This document shows positions 1 through 9,600 of a DNA stretch of 32,000 nucleotides, one piece after another (position 1 is the first letter of the stretch; every line of letters begins with the position of its first letter). The position numbers and the translations under genes are program-made. Origin of the DNA: Gemmata obscuriglobus (GTDB lineage Bacteria; Planctomycetota; Planctomycetia; Gemmatales; Gemmataceae). The notes under the pieces are model-generated. The model made no database searches, had not been told where the DNA came from, and saw only the letters and a list, made by a program, of their open reading frames with translations. The DNA lies in the NCBI RefSeq assembly GCF_008065095.1, contig NZ_CP042911.1, positions 990,001 through 1,022,000 on the forward strand. Reading direction: 5' to 3'.

Positions 1-386
1 CCGCGACGCACCTGGCGGCCCGCGCGATCGGCGCGGCGTGCCGGGCGCCGCACATGCGCCCCGACGGCCCGCGCCGGGTGCTCCTCACCGGCGGCGGGGT
101 GCGGAACGGGTTCCTGTGGCAACTCGTGGCGAAGCAGTTCGCCGGGGGCGTCGAGCGAGCCGACGCGGCCGGTGTGCCCGCGCTGACGCGGAACGCCGCC
201 GCCGCTGCCGTACTCGCCGCGCTAACGTGCGACGGCGTGCCCGGCAACCTGCCCCTCCTCACGGGCGCGGCGGGGGGCCGGTTACTGGGGCAGATCTCGC
301 CCGGCGACGGCCGGAACTGGGCGCGGTGCTCGGCGTGGCTCGCGGATCAGACGGGCGATTACCCGCGTGCGAACCGGGCCGCGTGA
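1..386 (+). CDS. anmK: anhydro-N-acetylmuramic acid kinase, C-terminal fragment (5' end lies outside the window)
   Basis: Frame 3 is open from the window edge to TGA at 384-386. The translation ...VLLTGGGVRNGFLWQLV...DGVPGNLPLLTGAAGGRLLGQISPG matches the conserved C-terminal GGG-x-N and PGNLP-x-x-TGA segments of AnmK as I recall them. GC3 is high. Confidence 0.7.
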   Translation, partial: ATHLAARAIGAACRAPHMRPDGPRRVLLTGGGVRNGFLWQLVAKQFAGGVERADAAGVPALTRNAAAAAVLAALTCDGVPGNLPLLTGAAGGRLLGQISPGDGRNWARCSAWLADQTGDYPRANRAA

Positions 387-402
387 CCCACGGGGCGAAC
401 GC

Positions 403-1323
403 ATGCCGGATAACCACTACGATCAGGCGAGTCGGTTCGCGGCCCGTCTCGACGCCGCAGCGTTCCTTGCGTGGCTGCTCAACCTGCCGGCCGCCGAGTT
501 CGGGTTTCGCGGCTGGCTTGATACGCGAGGCGTGCCGTTTCCGGGCGCCCCGGACCGCACATCCGATACAGTTGCGCATCTCACACGTGCCGATGAGGCC
601 GGTGTGCCGTGGCTCGTCGCGATCGAATTCCAGACGAAACCCGATCCAGAAATGTTCGGCCGGTTACTGGGCTACTTATCCGAGCTGTGGATGGAGCGGA
701 AACCGGATGCCGAGCGCGGGAGCCGCTTTCACCTCGGCGCGGCGGTTGTTAACCTGACCGGTAACGGGCTCGCATCACGTGCGATGAACTGGCCCGCGGC
801 GGGGCTGCTCACGCAACTGGCCGTCGCCGAGCGCAACCTCGCGAGCGAATCGGCCGCCGACCTGCTCGCCGGAATCGAATCCGGGCGCTGGTCGCGGGTG
901 CTACTACCGTGGGCGCCGCTTATGGCCGGCGGCGATCAGCCCGACCTCATCGACTACTGGAAAGCGCTCGCGGAAGCTGAGCCAAACACCCGGCGCAAGA
1001 GCGAAATTGGCGGGCTGGCGCTGGTGTTCGCTGAGAAGGCGAGCGGCCGGGACACGTGGCAACGGAAACTGGAGGGCTGGAACGTGGAAGAATCCGCTCT
1101 GGTAAACAGTTGGATCGCCCGCGGCAAGGAGATCGGCAGGGAGATCGGCAGCGTCGAAGCGGCGCGGCGGACCGTATTGAGACTTGGGGCGAAGCGGTTC
1201 GGCGGGGCGACACCGACCGTGAGCATGGCGATTCAAACGATGTCGGATCACGGGCGATTAGAACGCATTATCGACCGCATCTTCGACGCGGCGAGCTGGG
1301 ACGATCTGCTTACCACGGAGTGA
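403..1323 (+). CDS. Rpn-family / PD-(D/E)XK nuclease-like putative transposase with C-terminal DUF4351-like domain
   Basis: ATG at 403 (MPDNHYDQASRF...) is preferred over the upstream start at 367. The N-terminal half has a restriction-endonuclease-like pattern (D..VAHL ... WLVAIEFQTKPD). The C-terminal segment GKEIGREIGSVEAARRTVLRLGAKRFGGATPTV...IQTMSDHGRLERIIDRIFDAASWDDLL has the DUF4351 pattern (R.L..RFG ... LE.L.....A.S..DL). Assignment is from memory of the family. Confidence 0.55.
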   Translation: MPDNHYDQASRFAARLDAAAFLAWLLNLPAAEFGFRGWLDTRGVPFPGAPDRTSDTVAHLTRADEAGVPWLVAIEFQTKPDPEMFGRLLGYLSELWMERKPDAERGSRFHLGAAVVNLTGNGLASRAMNWPAAGLLTQLAVAERNLASESAADLLAGIESGRWSRVLLPWAPLMAGGDQPDLIDYWKALAEAEPNTRRKSEIGGLALVFAEKASGRDTWQRKLEGWNVEESALVNSWIARGKEIGREIGSVEAARRTVLRLGAKRFGGATPTVSMAIQTMSDHGRLERIIDRIFDAASWDDLLTTE

Positions 1324-1326
1324 CGG

Positions 1327-2262
1327 TCAGCCCACGAGCTTCCGCGCGAGCACCACCGCGCCCGTTACCGGGGCGTCCACCACGCCCACCGGTCCTGGGG
1401 TCACCCCGCAGGACCGCAGCTCGCTCAGGAACCGCTCGCGGTACGCCGCGTTCTGGACCACCAGCCCGCCCGTCAGCGCCACCGGCACACCCTCGGTCGG
1501 CAACCCGCCGGCCCGCACCGCGCCGGCCGCCGTTTGCGCGAGTTCGCGCGTCTCCTGCTCGAAAATGCTCCGCGCCGTTGCGTCACCGGACGCGGCGGCG
1601 GCCAGAACCAGCGGCGCCAGCGCCGCGATCGCCGCCTTGTCCCACTTCCCCCGGTACACCGCGGGGATGAACTCCCGCGGGTCGCTCGATCCGAGTTCCT
1701 TCAGTAGCACCGGCAGCAGCGCCGTCGGCTCCCCGATGCCGTCGGCGGCGCGGCACGCGGCGCGCAACCCGAGCAGCCCCGTCCGGAACGCGCTCCCCTC
1801 GTCGCCGAGCAGGTAGCCCCAACCGCCGGCGCGGGCGTCGCGGCCCTGCGCGTCGAGCGCGAACGCGATCGAGCCCGTTCCGGCGATCACCGCCAGCCCC
1901 CACCCGTCGGGCGTCCCGGCGGCGAACAGCAGCGTCGCGTCGTTCGCGACGCTCACCTTGTCGGCGAGCTGAGCGAGGTCGGCCCACCCGAGGATCACGT
2001 CCGCCCCTTCGGCGCGGTCCACCCCCGCGAGGCCGAGCGTCGCCGCCGCGACCGGCCGCCGCGACACCCCGGCGGCCTTGAACGCGCCCACGACCGCCGC
2101 GTTCAGCTCGTGAAGGGCCGACGTGACACCCACCGCCTGAATGTTCGACGGCCCGCCCTCGCCGCGCCCCAGCTCGGCGCCCGTGCGGGCGTCGGCCAGC
2201 ACCGCAATCGTCTTCGTCGCCCCGCCGTCGATGCCGATGACCAGAGGTTGCGCGTCGGTCAT
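1327..2262 (-). CDS. BadF/BadG/BcrA/BcrD-type ATPase, N-acetylglucosamine kinase-like
   Basis: The start is ATG (CAT at 2260-2262), giving MTDAQPLVIGIDGGATKTIAVL (the DGGxTKT phosphate-1 motif). It also has VIAGTGSIAF, GGWGYLLGDEGSA and LTGGL motifs typical of this ASKHA sugar-kinase family. The rest of the 1025-aa ORF in the track is a high-GC read-through artefact. Confidence 0.8.
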   Translation of the reverse strand: MTDAQPLVIGIDGGATKTIAVLADARTGAELGRGEGGPSNIQAVGVTSALHELNAAVVGAFKAAGVSRRPVAAATLGLAGVDRAEGADVILGWADLAQLADKVSVANDATLLFAAGTPDGWGLAVIAGTGSIAFALDAQGRDARAGGWGYLLGDEGSAFRTGLLGLRAACRAADGIGEPTALLPVLLKELGSSDPREFIPAVYRGKWDKAAIAALAPLVLAAAASGDATARSIFEQETRELAQTAAGAVRAGGLPTEGVPVALTGGLVVQNAAYRERFLSELRSCGVTPGPVGVVDAPVTGAVVLARKLVG

Positions 2263-2287
2263 GTGGGTTCCGCAGATGTCAGGCAGC

Positions 2288-2314
2288 AAAAAAGGGCGGC
2301 CGCGGTAACGGCCG
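2288..2314 (-). terminator. candidate intrinsic terminator downstream of the peptidase gene
   Basis: On the minus strand, CGGCCG (2309-2314) pairs with CGGCCG (2297-2302) around a 6-nt loop. It is followed by CCC and a T6 run (A6 at 2288-2293 on plus). The stem is short. Confidence 0.4.
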
Positions 2315-2411
2315 TAAGGGTGGGTCCGGGAACGCCCCGGCGCGCGTGCCGGGCCTCGTTCGTGTCTTCCTTTTGTGCTCGGCGCGCTTCCGTGCGGCCA
2401 ACACTTTTCTT

Positions 2412-4820
2412 TTATTTCTTCGCGCCCTTCACGTACCGGTCGAACCACGCGATCTGCTCGTACAGCACGTGCCCGATGGACTCGCGCGCGGCGTAACCGT
2501 GGTCCTCGTGCGGGAGCAGCACCAGCCGCACCGTACCCCCGGCGCCGCGCACCGCCTGGTACATCCGCTCGCTCTGCACCGGGAACGTGCCCGGGTTGCT
2601 GTCGGCGGCGCCGTGGATCAGGAGCAGCGGCTCCTTGATCTTGTCCGCGTAGTAGAACGGCGACATCCGGCCGTACACCTCGGGCGCCTCCCAGAACGTG
2701 CGGCGCTCGTTCTGAAACCCGAACGGGGTGAGCGTCCGGTTGTACGCCCCGCTCCGCGCGATCCCCGCCTTGAACAGGTCGCCGTGCGCGAGCAGGTTCG
2801 CGGTCATGAACGCGCCGTAGCTGTGCCCCATCACCCCGACCCGCGCGGGATCGACGCCGAGTTCGGCGGCCTTGTCGAGCGCCGCCTTCGCGTTCGCGTT
2901 GAGCTGGTCCACGAAGTTGTTGTTCGCGGTTTCCGGCGGCCCCACGATCGGCATGGACACTTCCATCACCGCGTACCCCTGGGTGAGGAAGAACAGGTGC
3001 GAGTACCCGCTCACGGCGGTGAACCGGTGCGGCGACCCCGTCACCTGCCCCGCGGTGTCGGCGGACGCGAACTCCACCGGGTACGCGTAAAACACCCCCG
3101 GCACCTTCTCGCCGTCCTTGTGGCCCGGCGGCAGGTGCAGCGTGAACGAAATGGCGGTGCCGTCCGCCCGCTTCGTGGTCACGAGCTGCTTCTTCGCCTT
3201 CCGGAGTTCCGGCGCGGGGTCGGCGTTCGTGGTCAGCGGCTTCTCGTGCGGGCCGTCGCGGAAGAAGTAGTTCGGCGGCTCGCTCACGGACTCGCGCCGG
3301 ACGAGCAACTTGGTCCCGGTGCCGTTCAGCACCCGGACGACCTCTTCGTAACTCCCCTCCGGGCAGTGGAACAGGCGCTCCGCCTTCTGCGTCCGGAGGT
3401 CGTACCGGTCGAGGAACGGGCGGTCGCCCTTCGGGCTCGCCCCGTCGCCCTTCATGAAAATGGTGTCGCCCGCCGGGTCGCCGGCGGTGCGGATCACCGA
3501 GTGCCCGCTCGGGAGCTGGCGCAGCAGCGGCGCGCCGGGGTCGCCGTACCGGTCCTGCACCGAGCGCTCGAACAGCAGCTTCGGCTCGTCCGCGAGGACC
3601 GGGCTGCTCGCCGCCAGGAACGTGCGGCCCCACTTGCGGTCGCGGTCGTAGTCGCGGACCAGCATCCGGTTGCCGGTGGGGAAGAAGTCGAGCCCCGCGA
3701 ACCGGTGCTCGACCTTCATCAGCTCGGTGCCCGTGACCGCCTCGCCGCCGACGGTCGCGGTGACGATCGCGTCGCGGTGCGGGACCTTCTTCTTGGGGTC
3801 GCCGTCGTCCCGCGCCTCGGCCCAGATGAGCGCGTGCGGCAGGGTCGGGACCCACCGGATCGCGCGGGGGCCGGTCGGCACGCCCTCGATCGGCACCTTG
3901 TCCTGGAGCGGCAACTCGGCGACGGTCGCGGACCGCTCCCCGCTCGACTTGAACACCTCGACGGCCCGCGGGAACGCGGTGTACGGGTGCAGGTACGAGA
4001 ACGGCTTCTGCGCGCGGAACGCCAGGACGAACTGGCCGTCGGGCGAGGGGTCGGAGCCGATGTTGATCGCCGGCCGCCCCACGTTCCGGACCGTCGGGTT
4101 GCCGGGCTCCCCGCTCACCACCGCGAGCTGCGAGGTGCAGTAGTACTCGAACAGGGCCGCGTCGTGCGGGTCTTTCAGGAGGTCCTGGTAGGTGCGCACG
4201 GGCGCCGCCGTGCCGCCGCTCTCTTGCACCACGGGGCCGACGGGCGCGGCCGGGGGCCGGGGGGCCTCGCCGCGCCCGTCGGGCACCAGTTGCACGAGCA
4301 GCGACCGCCCGTCGGGCATCCACTGGACGGACGAGCCGACCGCCGCGCTCAGCCGCACGCCCTTCACCGGTTCGAGCTTCGGATCGTCGAGCGCGCACAC
4401 CCACAGCTCGATGCCCGCGTCGGTAAAGTTCTCCACCGCGAACCGCTTCCCGTCGGGCGCCCAGAGGGGGAACCCGATCCGACCGTGTTCGGGCAGGGCG
4501 AGCGCCTTCGGCTCCCCGCCGGTGACCGGCAGCAGGGCCAGCCCGGTGGCCCGCGCCGGGCGGGCGGGGCCGTTGGTCTTGGGGTTGATGCGCAGCCCCG
4601 CGAGCCGCAGCATCGGCGCCGCGACCTCTTCAATCGAGGGGTAGCGGGCGGTCTGCACCAAGAGGATGTGTTCGCCCGTGGGCGAGACCGAGAGGCCCGG
4701 GGGGGCGGGCGCGTCGAGGATGTCGAGCACCGCCTGCGGCGGCTTCTGGTAGCCGTCCTGACCGAACGCGTCTACGGAACTGAACAACACGAACACCCCG
4801 CACAAGAACGCACGCAACAT
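2412..4820 (-). CDS. S9 family serine peptidase (prolyl oligopeptidase / acylaminoacyl-peptidase-like), secreted
   Basis: The ORF is 802 aa with an N-terminal signal-like segment MLRAFLCGVFVLFSSVDAFGQ and a long beta-propeller-like N-terminal region. The C-terminal alpha/beta hydrolase carries the GHSYGAF nucleophile elbow, LLIHGAADSN (Asp) and PHEDHGY (His). Confidence 0.85.
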   Translation of the reverse strand: MLRAFLCGVFVLFSSVDAFGQDGYQKPPQAVLDILDAPAPPGLSVSPTGEHILLVQTARYPSIEEVAAPMLRLAGLRINPKTNGPARPARATGLALLPVTGGEPKALALPEHGRIGFPLWAPDGKRFAVENFTDAGIELWVCALDDPKLEPVKGVRLSAAVGSSVQWMPDGRSLLVQLVPDGRGEAPRPPAAPVGPVVQESGGTAAPVRTYQDLLKDPHDAALFEYYCTSQLAVVSGEPGNPTVRNVGRPAINIGSDPSPDGQFVLAFRAQKPFSYLHPYTAFPRAVEVFKSSGERSATVAELPLQDKVPIEGVPTGPRAIRWVPTLPHALIWAEARDDGDPKKKVPHRDAIVTATVGGEAVTGTELMKVEHRFAGLDFFPTGNRMLVRDYDRDRKWGRTFLAASSPVLADEPKLLFERSVQDRYGDPGAPLLRQLPSGHSVIRTAGDPAGDTIFMKGDGASPKGDRPFLDRYDLRTQKAERLFHCPEGSYEEVVRVLNGTGTKLLVRRESVSEPPNYFFRDGPHEKPLTTNADPAPELRKAKKQLVTTKRADGTAISFTLHLPPGHKDGEKVPGVFYAYPVEFASADTAGQVTGSPHRFTAVSGYSHLFFLTQGYAVMEVSMPIVGPPETANNNFVDQLNANAKAALDKAAELGVDPARVGVMGHSYGAFMTANLLAHGDLFKAGIARSGAYNRTLTPFGFQNERRTFWEAPEVYGRMSPFYYADKIKEPLLLIHGAADSNPGTFPVQSERMYQAVRGAGGTVRLVLLPHEDHGYAARESIGHVLYEQIAWFDRYVKGAKK

Positions 4821-5037
4821 GGCTGCCCTCCCGAACGTCGTTCAGGCAGTATACTGAGGCGTTAGAAACCCACCCCCGGCTCTCCCGAGTGGGAGAGGTG
4901 GCGCCGCGAACAGCCCGACGCGAGACCCCGGCGCCAACGTTTTACCCCGGCGGTGCCCCTCCCTGAAGAAGGGCACGCCTCACCTCCGCGGGAGGCCGGG
5001 GCGGGTTCCGTTCGGACCTCTCACCCCACACCCCGCC

Positions 5038-6060
5038 ATGAAACTCACCCGCCTGCTCGCACTCCTCGCCCTGCTCGCGGCGCCGCCGTTGGCCCGCGCC
5101 GAAGACAAACCGATCGTCCTCGACGGCGGCGCCGGCCCCGGGAAGGGCAAGCACGTCGTCCTCGTCAGCGGGGACCAAGAGTACCGCTCGGAGGAGGCGA
5201 TCCCGCAGCTCGCCAAGATCCTCTCGAAGCACCACGGGTTCAAGTGTACGGTTCTGTTCACGGTGGACCCCAAGGACGGCACCGTCAACCCGAACATCAG
5301 CAACGTTCCGGGCCTCGACGCGCTCAAGACGGCGGACCTGTTCGTCGTCTTCACCCGGTTCCTCAAGCTGCCGGACGACCAGATGCAGCACATCGCCGAT
5401 TACATCGACGCGGGCAAACCGGTGGTCGGGCTGCGGACCTCGACGCACGCGTTCAACGACATCCCGAAAACGAGCCCGTTCGCCCGGTTCAACAACGGCA
5501 GCGGGGCGCCGGGTTGGGAGGGCGGGTTCGGCAAGCGGGTGCTGGGCGAGAAGTGGGTCGCGCACCACGGCGCCCACGGCAAGGAGGGCACCCGCGGGGT
5601 CGTCGTGAAGGGGCAGGAGGGGCACGGCATCCTGAAGGGCGTCGCGCCCGGCAGCGTCTTCGGCACCACGGACGTGTACACCGTCACGCTCCCGCTGCCC
5701 GACTGCACGCCGCTCTTGCTGGGCGAGGTGACCGAGACCCTGAAGCCGGACTCGCCCGCGGTGAAGAACAAGAAGAACGATCCGATGATGCCGGTCGCGT
5801 GGACCAAGGCCTACAAGGCCGCGGGGGACAAGACCGGGCGCGCGTTCACGACCACAATGGGCGCGTCGCAGGACCTGGAGTTCGAGGGGACCCGCCGGCT
5901 GATCGTGAACGGGTGCCTCTGGGCCGCCGGGCTGGAGGACAAGATCCCCGAGAAGGCGAACGTGGACCTCGTGGGCGAGTACAAGCCCACGCCGTTCCGG
6001 TTCAAGGGGACCGCGGAGTGGGTCAAGCAGCCGGTGAAGCCGGCAGACCTAGTGAAGTAG
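5038..6060 (+). CDS. ThuA-domain protein (trehalose-utilisation-like), secreted
   Basis: The ORF is 340 aa with signal peptide MKLTRLLALLALLAAPPLARA. The segment HVVLVSGDQEYRSEEAIPQLAKIL...ADLFVVFTRFLKLPDDQM...DAGKPVVGLRTSTHAF resembles the ThuA class-I glutamine-amidotransferase-like fold family. GC3 is high. Confidence 0.7.
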   Translation: MKLTRLLALLALLAAPPLARAEDKPIVLDGGAGPGKGKHVVLVSGDQEYRSEEAIPQLAKILSKHHGFKCTVLFTVDPKDGTVNPNISNVPGLDALKTADLFVVFTRFLKLPDDQMQHIADYIDAGKPVVGLRTSTHAFNDIPKTSPFARFNNGSGAPGWEGGFGKRVLGEKWVAHHGAHGKEGTRGVVVKGQEGHGILKGVAPGSVFGTTDVYTVTLPLPDCTPLLLGEVTETLKPDSPAVKNKKNDPMMPVAWTKAYKAAGDKTGRAFTTTMGASQDLEFEGTRRLIVNGCLWAAGLEDKIPEKANVDLVGEYKPTPFRFKGTAEWVKQPVKPADLVK

Positions 6061-6075
6061 TTCGGACCGGACCCG

Positions 6076-6114
6076 TTCCGTGCGGCGGGGCGGCCGGCGC
6101 TCCGCCGCACGGAA
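6076..6114 (+). terminator. hairpin downstream of ThuA-like gene 1
   Basis: TTCCGTGCGGCGG (6076-6088) is the exact reverse complement of CCGCCGCACGGAA (6102-6114), with a 13-nt loop. It starts 16 nt after the TAG stop. There is no clear T-tract. Confidence 0.45.
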
Positions 6115-6678
6115 TGGGGTTCCGCGGCGCGCGGTGCCATCAGTCGTGTGATGGACAAGATTCCCCCACCGATCGCCGGCTTCCCCTCCGGACCGCGTCC
6201 GCCATCCGCCCGGACGGCGCCGCAACGAGGCTCCCGTACCGCACGTGGGTGCCCCGCTGGGGCGCAGACGGGACATTCGCTGACGGTCGACTGCTCACGG
6301 GCTACCCGTTCGCTGGGCGGTCGCTACCCACGAATTTTCAGCCCGAACCGCATGTGGAGCGGCGGAACGAGCGGAGCGAGGTCCCGGCGTCGCATCTCTA
6401 TCGCGACGCAAATGCTTGCCAGGACGGCGATTGCAAGAATAAGCCGGCGCGACCGGGAACGCGCGGGCGGTTCTCGCAGCCCGTTCGTGGCGTGCGCACC
6501 GTTGTGCCACAAAAGGGAGCCGCGAGCCCCGCTGCCAGTGGATCCGGGCCGCGCAACCTCTTGCAGTCGCTGCACCTTCCCGCTCCGGCCAGTTCTTCAG
6601 CCCCGGCCCGAAATCCTGTGCTACGGTTCCCCTAGTTCGTTCGCACCCGCTACCCCTCCGCACGACGGGGCACGCCCG

Positions 6679-9600
6679 ATGTCTGTTCGTTTCGAAGCCC
6701 AGGTCGAGCCGATCTCGGGCTACAAACTGCTCGACCGACTCGGCGCCGGCGGGTTCGGCGAGGTGTGGCGCTGCGAGGCCCCTGGCGGCATCTTCAAGGC
6801 CATCAAGATCATCCACGGCGACCTGCGGTCCCGGGACAACGACTTGGTGCGGTACGCCGAGCAGGAACTCAAGTCCCTCAAGCGGGTCCAGCAGGTGCGG
6901 CACCCGTACCTGCTCGCGCTCGACCGGTACGACATCGTCGACGGCCGGCTCATGATCGTGATGGAGCTGGCCGACTGCAACCTGTGGGACCGGTTCCGCG
7001 AGTGCCGCGACCGCGGGCTCCCGGGCATCCCCCGGGACGAGCTGCTCCAGTACATGACCGAGATCGCCGAGGTGCTGGACCTGTTCAACGACCAGTTCCA
7101 GCTCCAGCACCTGGACATCAAGCCGCAGAACCTGTTCCTCCTGTACAACCACGTGAAGGTGGCCGACTTCGGGCAGGTGAAGGACCTCCAGGGGCTGATG
7201 GCGGAGGTGACCGGCGGCATCACCCCGGTGTACGCCGCCCCCGAGACGTTCGACGGGGTCATCACCCGCTACTGCGACCAGTACAGCCTGGCCTGCGTGT
7301 ACCAGGAGCTGTTGACCGGGGTGCGGCCGTTCGACGGCAGCAGCATGAGCCAGTTGCTCATGCAGCACCTGAACCTGCCGCCGAACCTGACCCCGAGCCC
7401 GCCGAACGACCGGCCCGCGCTCGCGCGCGCGCTGTCCAAGAAGCCCGAAGACCGGTGGCCCAACGTCGCCTCGCTGGTCCGCTCGCTCGCCGGCGCGCCG
7501 GCCCCCTCGGGCGTCTTCCCGAAGTACCCCGCGGCGGACAACGACACGCCCACGATGATCGGCCTGCCGCCCAACATCGCTCCGCCCGGCGCGGCGGCGG
7601 CGGCGCTAGTGTCGGTCGCGGACGACACCCCGTCGCGCGGCGGCGAGATCTACGGCCCGGTGTTCACCCCGGCCCCGCCGGAACTCGGCGGCGACGGCCC
7701 GCTCCAGCCCGCGATCGTCATCGGGCTGGGGAACGCCGGGCTGCGGGTGCTCCAGCGGCTCCGGTTCGAGCTGCACGAGCGGTACGGCCCGCCCGCGACC
7801 ACGCCGGCGCTCCGCACGCTGTACATCGACACCGACCCGGACGGCCTGGAGGAGGCCGGGCGCGAGCGGTTCGGCGACCGGCTCGCCGCCCTCGGCAGCG
7901 ACGAGGTGTTCCCCGCCCGGCTGAACCGGGCCGGCCACTACCTCAAGCCGCGGTTCAACGGCCGCTCGCTCACCGAAGGGTGGTTCGACCCGCAGCTCCT
8001 GTACAAGCTCCCCCGCAACCCGCTCACCCTCGGGGTGCGGCTGTTCGGCCGGCTCGCGTTCCTGGACCACTACCGCTTCATCATGGCGAAGGTGCAGGCC
8101 GAGATCGACGCCGCGGTGGCCCCCGACGCGCTGCTGCTCACGGAGGCGCGGACCGGGCTGAAGCGGCGCACCAACCGGCCCCGGGTGTACGTCGTCGCCG
8201 GCACCGGCGGCGGCACCGGCGGCGGCATGTTCCTCGACCTGGCGTACGCGGTGCGCAGCCGGCTGAAGCGCATGGGCTACGACCGCCCGGACGTGCGCGG
8301 GCTGATGGTGGTCCCGCCCGCGGACGCGACGCTCACTTCGCCGCAGGCGCTGGGCAACACCTACGCGGCCCTCACCGAGCTGAACCACTACAGCCGGCCC
8401 GACACGGTGTTCACCGCCCACTACGACGAGCGCAGCGGGTTCGTGAAAGAGACCGACGCGCCGTTCGCGCGGTGCTACCTGCTGCCCGGGCCGGCGGCCG
8501 GCCCCAGTTCCCCGCCGGGCTCGGGCGTCAGCCCGGTGGCGCGGCGCACCCCAACGAACATCCCGAACCCGGGCGCGCGCCCCCGGCCCGGCTCCGGGGC
8601 GGCGAACAAGCCGGGGTCGCGGGTGATCTCGCTCGCGGCCCAGCGCACCCCGGACCCGAGCGCCGCCCTGTCCGCGCTCCGGCCGTTCGGCGACGCGGCC
8701 GAGCGCATCCGGCTGGACCTGTTCGCCCAGGTGGGGCGGGCCGCGGACGAGGCCCGGGCCGCCGAAGAACACGACCGGGACGAGCGGCCCCGCGGGGTGA
8801 CGGTCGGGGCGTTCGGCATCGCGACGTTCGACTGGCCCCGGGCCGAGGTGGTGTCCCGCACCGCCGCGACGGTGGGCCGGGCGCTGCTCAAGCGGTGGGC
8901 CGCCCCGGACCTCAAGCGGGTGCGCGAGCAGATGCCCGGCATCGCGGCCCAGCGGTGGACCCAGCTCGGGCTGGACCCCGACACGATACTCGGGCACCTT
9001 CAGTTCGCCGCCGAACAGGCGGCCGGCGGGAAGATCGACGAGCGGGCGGCCGCGGCCACCGAGCCGCTGGTCCCGCGCGGGTGGCTGAACCGGCTCCCGG
9101 AGCCCACCCAGGTGGGCGTCGCCCTCGACACCATCAACCGGCTGCTGGGACCGCCCGCCGCCGCGCTGAAGCGCCCGCTCACCGCGCTCGAGGAGGCGGT
9201 CGCCAAGGCCGCCGCGGACGCCGCCGCGTCGTTCGCCCTCGACCTCCGCACCCTCGCGCCCGTTCTGGTCGACGACGCCGAGTTCCGGCTGGCGGGCACG
9301 GAGGAGCTGTTCCGCCAGTTCCTCGCGACCACCGACCGGCTGATCGAGCGGTACACGCAACTGGCGGCCGAGCTGGACGCGAAGGCGGTGAGCGGGTTCG
9401 AGTGCCTGTCGCACTACGCCCACTACCAGCGGGGCATGTGGAAGCCGAGCGCCGCGGAGCTGACCGACGCGCTGCGCCTGTACCCGCGGGCGCGGTTCCA
9501 GGCGGTCACCTTCCGGCAGCTCGTCGGCGCCTACCAGACCGTCCGCGACACGCTGAGCGAGCAAGTCGCGGACGTGGCGGTGGCGCGGCAGCGGATGGCG

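Noticed and set aside
1327-4865. Very long ORFs overlapping real genes on other frames or strands. Examples are the 1025-aa extension of 1327-4404, 2346-4865 (+), 6765-10421 (+), 7606-10512 (-), 10125-11762 (-), 22657-25323 (-) and 26946-28556 (-).
   Set aside because: Their translations are Arg/Pro/Gly/Ala-rich low-complexity strings with no motifs. They are the usual stop-codon-poor shadow frames of very GC-rich DNA, and in each case another frame carries clear family motifs and the G/C third-position bias.
6291-6440. A possible third, degenerate copy of the structured element in the kinase leader, based on the GCTCACGG, GAATTTTCAGCCCGAA and CGACGCAAATGC patches.
   Set aside because: Only short patches match. 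The H2, H3 and H4 hairpins are not reproduced, and the spacing differs. It cannot be distinguished from chance without a covariance-model search.
6324-6575. An 83-aa minus-strand ORF with a hydrophobic stretch (LILAIAVLASICVAI) in the long kinase leader.
   Set aside because: It has many A/T-ending codons, unlike every confident gene here. The rest of the peptide is Arg/Gly-rich, and no start context is visible.
6148-6678. An in-frame N-terminal extension of the kinase-tubulin ORF, which would give a 1375-aa protein.
   Set aside because: The extension has many A/T-ending codons and an Arg/Ser/Pro-rich translation. The kinase glycine loop sits at the normal distance (~20 aa) from the ATG at 6679.
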